Origin: Histomonas meleagridis 2922-C6/04-290x
Taxonomy: Eukaryota; Protista; Parabasalia
Direction: 5' to 3'
Assembly (NCBI GenBank): GCA_020184695.1
Contig: JAANOX010000221.1
Span: forward strand, 1 to 64,000
Length of the DNA stretch: 64,000 nt
In this document: piece by piece, positions 59,095 through 64,000 of the stretch
How the letters are laid out: each line of letters begins with the position of its first letter
Position numbering within the stretch: the first letter of the stretch is position 1
The notes under the pieces: model-generated
The model's database searches: none
The model's input: the letters and a program-made list of their open reading frames with translations, nothing else
What the model was told of the DNA's origin: nothing
Made by a program: the position numbers and the translations under genes

Positions 59095-59167
59095 TGGGAC
59101 TCCGCGGACTCGAACCACGTACCTCACGATCTTCAGTCGTGTGCTCTCCCAGGTGAGCTAGAGTCCC
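59095..59167 (-). tRNA. tRNA-Phe (GAA)
   Basis: GGGACTC/GAGTCCC acceptor stem, GCTC/GAGC D-arm, CACGA-CTGAAGA-TCGTG anticodon arm, GGTTCGAGTCC T-loop, followed by an oligo-T terminator. Confidence 0.97.
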
Positions 59168-59248
59168 TTATTGAGGAAAACTATTTCCAAATACCAAAAA
59201 TATAAAATCCAAACAAAGATTGTCAAAAATAGGTTTGATAGGCCAGTA

Positions 59249-61393
59249 ATGGGAGTTCCAGCTTTTTTTAGGTGGCTCCAACGAAATTATCCTTTGATCA
59301 TATCAAAATGTATTGAAGCCGAAATTGATAATGAAAACCAATTATCAGATCAAAATCCAAATACATTAGGAGATACTGAATTTGATTGTTTATATTTGGA
59401 TGTAAATGGCATAATTCATCCATGTTTTCATGCCGATTCACCTGTGTCACCACCCAAAACAGAAGAAGAAATTTTTCACTCAATTGATAATTATATTAAA
59501 CGTCTTTTCAACATTGTAAGACCACGAAAACTCCTTTTTATGGCAATTGATGGACCAGCTCCACGTGCAAAAATGAATCAACAAAGAGCCAGAAGATTTC
59601 GCTCAGCTAAAGATTCTGTTTATCACCATCTTCTTGATATAAGTACCTATAAGAAAGAAAAGGACTCCGAAGCTCTTTCAATTCTTAGGGATCCAGAATA
59701 TTTACAAAAGCGAGATACAAATGTCATCACGCCCGGAACTGAATTTATGTATCATTTAGGCCAACACCTTATTGCATTTATTGAAACTCAACAAAAAACA
59801 GTTCCAGCATGGCATGACATAAAAATTATATTATCAGATTCATCAGTTCCAGGAGAAGGTGAGCACAAAATTATGGACTTTATACGCTCTCAGCGCCTTC
59901 AGAGCTGCTATGATCCCAATCGTCATCATTGTATCTATGGTCTTGATGCAGATTTAATATTTTTAGGCCTAATTACTCATGAATTGTATTTTACTGTTAT
60001 CCGTGAAAACGTATTAGAAAACGTTGATGGGTTCCAATTTGTCAATCTATGGGTTTTACGCCAATTTCTTGAGCGCGATTTGAAACCGTCGAGTCGTGTC
60101 ACTTTTGAGTGGAATTTTGAACGAGCGCTTGAAGACTTTGTCTTCTTATGTTTCACAGCAGGGAATGATTTTATTCCTAATATTCCAGGCCTTAACATTG
60201 CTGCGCAAATCATTAACACTATCATGGTTGAATATTCGCAGACGTTACCAAAACTTGGCGGATATATCATTGAGGATAATGTTCCAAACTACAAACGATT
60301 TGTCCAAGTTATCAAAGGGTTAACCAAATTTGAAAAAAGAGAACTTGAGAACATATTACATCCAAACGAAACAGCATTAGCATGTCAATGTCATGTTAAT
60401 GAGATCTGTAACACTGAAAATCTTTCGTTAAAATCGATGACGTATCCAACGATGACCTCCAAACAAACGAAAGTATCACCGCATCCAAATGACATTACAC
60501 CAATCACTAATGAAATGAAGCAACAATATTACGTCAAAAAGTTTGGCGAAAATGTTAATCCAAATGATGTCGCAATCGAATACTTCAAAGGTATGTGTTG
60601 GGTCTTTAAGTATTATACACATGGAGTGCCTTCTTGGGATTGGTATTATCCTTATCATTACCCGCCGCTTCTCTCCCAATTCTTAAGTGTCGATAATGTT
60701 ATTGTCGAGCCTTTTGTCCTGAATAAGCCTTTGTTACCTTTGGAGCAATTAATGGCCGTGCTCCCGCCTCAGTCAACACATTGCATACCGAAGAAAATGG
60801 CCGAGTTAATGGTCAACGATTCTTCGCCTTTAATATGTTATTACCCGAAAAAGTTCACTGTGGACTTAAACGGTGGAGTAACAACTTGGAAAGGTATCGT
60901 TAATGTGCCTTTCATTGATACGAACCTTTTGTTGGATACTTTGAATGGTATTGACCTCGAATTGACACAAGAAGAAAAAAAAAGAAATTGTTTCGGTTGT
61001 AACAAAGTTTTTTTGTGTGAGGAATTAAAGGATAATATGTTGTGCGGCCCCGAAATTTGGGGAAATGTTAAATATATATGTGGAAATATGTATGAGTTCG
61101 AATTTAGTTTGGTCGGCGAGTCGCAGGATTTGTGTTTTCTGTTACTGAATCTGAAGGCGCCGCCGAATGTGATAAATGAGCCATTCGATCTCTTTGAAAG
61201 AATGAGGAGAAATAGAAACCAAAAAAATCAAAAGTTAAAAGCTAAGATACCAACGGTGGAAGAAAAGTTTAATTTGGCGATTCCGGGTGTGCCGCAGGCT
61301 GCAACAAATGACTACAGAATTAACCGTGTGAGAACTAATAAGCCAAATGTACAGGCGGCAAAGAAAAAGCAAACATCCTCCTTCTTGTTTTAA
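59249..61393 (+). CDS. XRN: XRN 5'-3' exoribonuclease (short XRN2/Rat1-like form)
   Basis: MGVPAFFRWL, LYLDVNGIIH, AIDGPAPRAKMNQQRARRFRSA, NVITPGTEFM, VPGEGEHKIMDFIR, GLDADLIFLGL, GNDFIP, WYYPYHYPP, PLEQLMAVLP. Confidence 0.96.
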   Translation: MGVPAFFRWLQRNYPLIISKCIEAEIDNENQLSDQNPNTLGDTEFDCLYLDVNGIIHPCFHADSPVSPPKTEEEIFHSIDNYIKRLFNIVRPRKLLFMAIDGPAPRAKMNQQRARRFRSAKDSVYHHLLDISTYKKEKDSEALSILRDPEYLQKRDTNVITPGTEFMYHLGQHLIAFIETQQKTVPAWHDIKIILSDSSVPGEGEHKIMDFIRSQRLQSCYDPNRHHCIYGLDADLIFLGLITHELYFTVIRENVLENVDGFQFVNLWVLRQFLERDLKPSSRVTFEWNFERALEDFVFLCFTAGNDFIPNIPGLNIAAQIINTIMVEYSQTLPKLGGYIIEDNVPNYKRFVQVIKGLTKFEKRELENILHPNETALACQCHVNEICNTENLSLKSMTYPTMTSKQTKVSPHPNDITPITNEMKQQYYVKKFGENVNPNDVAIEYFKGMCWVFKYYTHGVPSWDWYYPYHYPPLLSQFLSVDNVIVEPFVLNKPLLPLEQLMAVLPPQSTHCIPKKMAELMVNDSSPLICYYPKKFTVDLNGGVTTWKGIVNVPFIDTNLLLDTLNGIDLELTQEEKKRNCFGCNKVFLCEELKDNMLCGPEIWGNVKYICGNMYEFEFSLVGESQDLCFLLLNLKAPPNVINEPFDLFERMRRNRNQKNQKLKAKIPTVEEKFNLAIPGVPQAATNDYRINRVRTNKPNVQAAKKKQTSSFLF

Positions 61394-61802
61394 TAAAGTT
61401 TATATAAAGCCACATTTTTTTTGTATGTCAAATAATGTGGTTGTTTTGAAACGATTTTGTACGCAGAAATTTTGTTTGAAGTTATTTCCGGATCTAAGCT
61501 CCTTCTAAGTAATTTATATGGAAAAAAAAATTATATAATCCTTTATTATCTTTAACATCATTGTCTTCGTCTTGAAAATATTTTTTGCCGATGAACTTTT
61601 GCATTTCAATTCATTATAACACCAATTCTGATAAAATTGATATTGTGCATTATTTTTATATTTTCTATAATGATTATAACATGTCATACCAATATTTAAG
61701 GAATGATGAAAGATATGGCATTTTATTTTTGGCGGTTAGAGCTCGAACCACTTGTAGAATAAAAACTGCCAGATAAAGTATACAAAAGGATCCGACCAGC
61801 AA

Positions 61803-62681
61803 ATGCAAGAGGAAGAAGAGTTTATTGAAGAAATAACAAAACCTATTGAAGAGATCGATGAAACATTTAACGATAAAAATACACACGAAAAAAAGGTTCA
61901 CAAGTCTTCTAAAACAATTGAGCCAAAAGTAAAAAATTTGTATATTCAACTTGGAAAAATTTTAAGAAGTTTTCAAGGTGGAAAGCTGCCAGCTGCTGTG
62001 AATGCTTTAGCCACTCAAAAAAATATTACGTATTGGCTTGATTTATTATATTTGACTCAACCATTTAAATGGACAATTAATGCATTAACTTCAGTTACTC
62101 TTACATTTCAACACTATGCTAGTGTTAAAAGGAACACAATATACAACGAACAAATTTTATTAGAGTATGTTTTAGATCGTCTTGAATCTCCAAGACCAAT
62201 TCCCAAGACTATAATGGAACCAATAACAATAGCTGCTCGAACGCCACAGTCCTTTTTGGTTGGTTTCTTAATTCCTCTTTCTACAGAAACAATTTGTCCA
62301 TCTAAAACAGCCAAATTTATATCAACATTAATTGCTCAGATTAAGCTTCCAAACACCTACGCCAATGTTTTTATTGACCACCTCTGTAAATCAGATCGAA
62401 GCCAAGTTATCACATTGTTTTTGTCGCGTCTCATTTCACGAAGTTATGCGTTGACAATATCATCAATTGATGCAATATATGCATATTTCTTGTCGTACCA
62501 AGGCGATAGTGAGCAAATGCCGATGATATGGCACAACGCTATATTGGAGTTTGTACAAAAGTATGGGAAAAACCTTCTCGATGAACAAAAGGAAGGTTTA
62601 ACGGAACTGGTAAAGACAAAGTCGAATCCGAAAATTACACCGCAAATAATAGAACTGTTGAGTCAACAAACAAATGAATAA
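61803..62681 (+). CDS. BYSL: Bystin / Enp1 (40S biogenesis factor)
   Basis: LYIQLGKILRSFQGGKLP..LYLTQP.KWT..MPMIWHNAILEFVQKYG..HPKITP-like ending (NPKITPQII). Confidence 0.88.
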   Translation: MQEEEEFIEEITKPIEEIDETFNDKNTHEKKVHKSSKTIEPKVKNLYIQLGKILRSFQGGKLPAAVNALATQKNITYWLDLLYLTQPFKWTINALTSVTLTFQHYASVKRNTIYNEQILLEYVLDRLESPRPIPKTIMEPITIAARTPQSFLVGFLIPLSTETICPSKTAKFISTLIAQIKLPNTYANVFIDHLCKSDRSQVITLFLSRLISRSYALTISSIDAIYAYFLSYQGDSEQMPMIWHNAILEFVQKYGKNLLDEQKEGLTELVKTKSNPKITPQIIELLSQQTNE

Positions 62682-63600
62682 AATTGTTAATGTTAATATA
62701 TTTGTTCATGAAAATAAGCATTTCATTAATATCAGCATATTTCCTATATTTCCCAAAAATTGTGAATCACTAAATTTCCTTTTTCATAACTTAGAAAGTT
62801 ATTTTGTTTTTTCTAGGATTTGAGATAAAATTACAGTTTAACGAAATCATAAAAAAAGTAAGTTAGAAAATGCTTCTATTTCTATGAGAATTATAAATGT
62901 ACTTGAGAATTAATATGTTTATTTGTTTCTCTAAGCTAAATCCTCATAATTTATCGAAAATTTCATTCGATCTCGTGCACAAAAGTTTAATGGTTTCCTG
63001 AATGTGATATGAAAAAAGTGGTATACAGCGAACGTCGGGAAATTTATCGATTCAAAATTTTTGTAACCGATTGAATTTTGAGACACTTTGTACTCACTTT
63101 TTCGATATAAATGTCTCAAATAAAAAACGATAAAAGCTATCATTTTTTCCTATATGGAGCAATTCTTGGATATTAATATCCCGAAAACAATGTTTAACGA
63201 ACCGCTCAAGGCACGCACATATCTTAAAACGCGATTTTATTATTCCAGTCGAGTCATGAATGAAATGATACATGTATCATCTAAATGATTACATCGCAAC
63301 AGCAACATCCTATGTTATCAAACACCTTAAGTTCATATCAAAGGATATGTATACATTGTCGTTAGGATTCAGACTGGAAAGCGATTTTGAACCACACAAA
63401 CATGACGATCAAATTTTTCAAATAACATTTCAGACACCGATAAAATAATAGTTACGTAAACATATCAAAACTTCCATCGGAAATTACTTGCCTATCAATT
63501 CATAGAAATTTTTTTACAACCATTTTTGTGGGGATGTTAAAGGCTTTTGACAGTCAATTTTTTCACAACGTATGTCAATCAATTTCCATTTGCTGAAAAA

Positions 63601-64000
63601 ATGGCTGAAAATGCTCCTCAGAGAAATTACCAACCAAAGTTCTTTGAGCTGCTAAATTTGGAAAATCAGAAAGAATATATCAAACTCAGAGTGACTTTGT
63701 CTTCTCAATTTTGCAGAAATCGCCGAGGAAAAAGGATCGAAACCTTTAGTGAAACCCTCATAACAGTTCAAAAATATTGTATTCGCCACAATGAAGACGA
63801 TTGGAAACGATGTCTTGTTTGTGGTATTTGTTGGATCCAAAATGGAATTGCAATTAATACTCGTCAATTAGGTCTTCTTATTGACAAGTGCAAATCTTCC
63901 ATTAATGGATCATTCCAGAAAATGGGCTATACCACTCTTCAAAGTAGAGAAGAGTCTGCAGCTTATCTTGTTGAGGCTATTCCAAGTTTGCTCAATAACT
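63601..64000 (+). CDS. Initiator-binding-domain (IBP39/IBD family) protein, runs off the window end
   Basis: Open frame from ATG 63,601, absent from the ORF track: ..CRNRRGKRIETFSETL..DDWKRCLVCGICW..GIAINTRQLGLLIDKCKSSINGSFQKMGY. Confidence 0.9.
   Translation, partial: MAENAPQRNYQPKFFELLNLENQKEYIKLRVTLSSQFCRNRRGKRIETFSETLITVQKYCIRHNEDDWKRCLVCGICWIQNGIAINTRQLGLLIDKCKSSINGSFQKMGYTTLQSREESAAYLVEAIPSLLNN

Noticed and set aside
40027-62314. Numerous 60-120 aa ORFs nested in or antisense to long host genes
   Set aside because: No motifs; expected shadow ORFs of long AT-rich coding regions.
31800-64000. Canonical trichomonad spliceosomal introns
   Set aside because: No ACTAACACACAG branch/acceptor motif seen on either strand by eye; the long host ORFs are uninterrupted.

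Overview
AT-rich eukaryotic DNA from a parabasalid (trichomonad). The evidence is an IBP39/IBD-family gene, a trichomonad-type histone H3, a BspA-like remnant and Trichomonas-type Maverick genes; the species cannot be determined from the sequence alone. The window has three zones. (1) Bases 1-10,651 are a deletion-rich reverse-complement copy (about 75% of the length) of 10,653-~24,820, folding at ~10,652. This is most likely a long-read fold-back artefact at a contig end, so its small ORFs are not independent genes. (2) 10,653-~31,800 is a Maverick/Polinton graveyard. It holds three nested elements whose right ends (GC hairpins plus (GT)n) lie at 16,872, 19,472 and 22,740, the inner two joined into another element's major capsid gene. 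It also has a penton-like gene, packaging ATPase, HNH nuclease, rve integrase and a 1,285-bp mariner. A second remnant cluster has integrase and pPolB fragments, a D5-like helicase, an HNH pseudogene, and a poxvirus-A22-like resolvase enclosed by a near-perfect 207-bp inverted repeat. A host Stealth gene sits between the two clusters. (3) ~31,800-64,000 is host gene space: ankyrin remnants, histone H3, E2F-like winged helix, RhoGEF-Kelch, Myb, a DegT/RfbH-like probable pseudoenzyme, DENN, CapZ-alpha, a four-motif beta-thymosin/WH2-like protein, an ARM-like protein, a TM cyclase-like protein, a coiled-coil protein, tRNA-Phe(GAA), XRN, bystin and the start of an IBD protein. All family calls come from motif recognition; no database searches were run.
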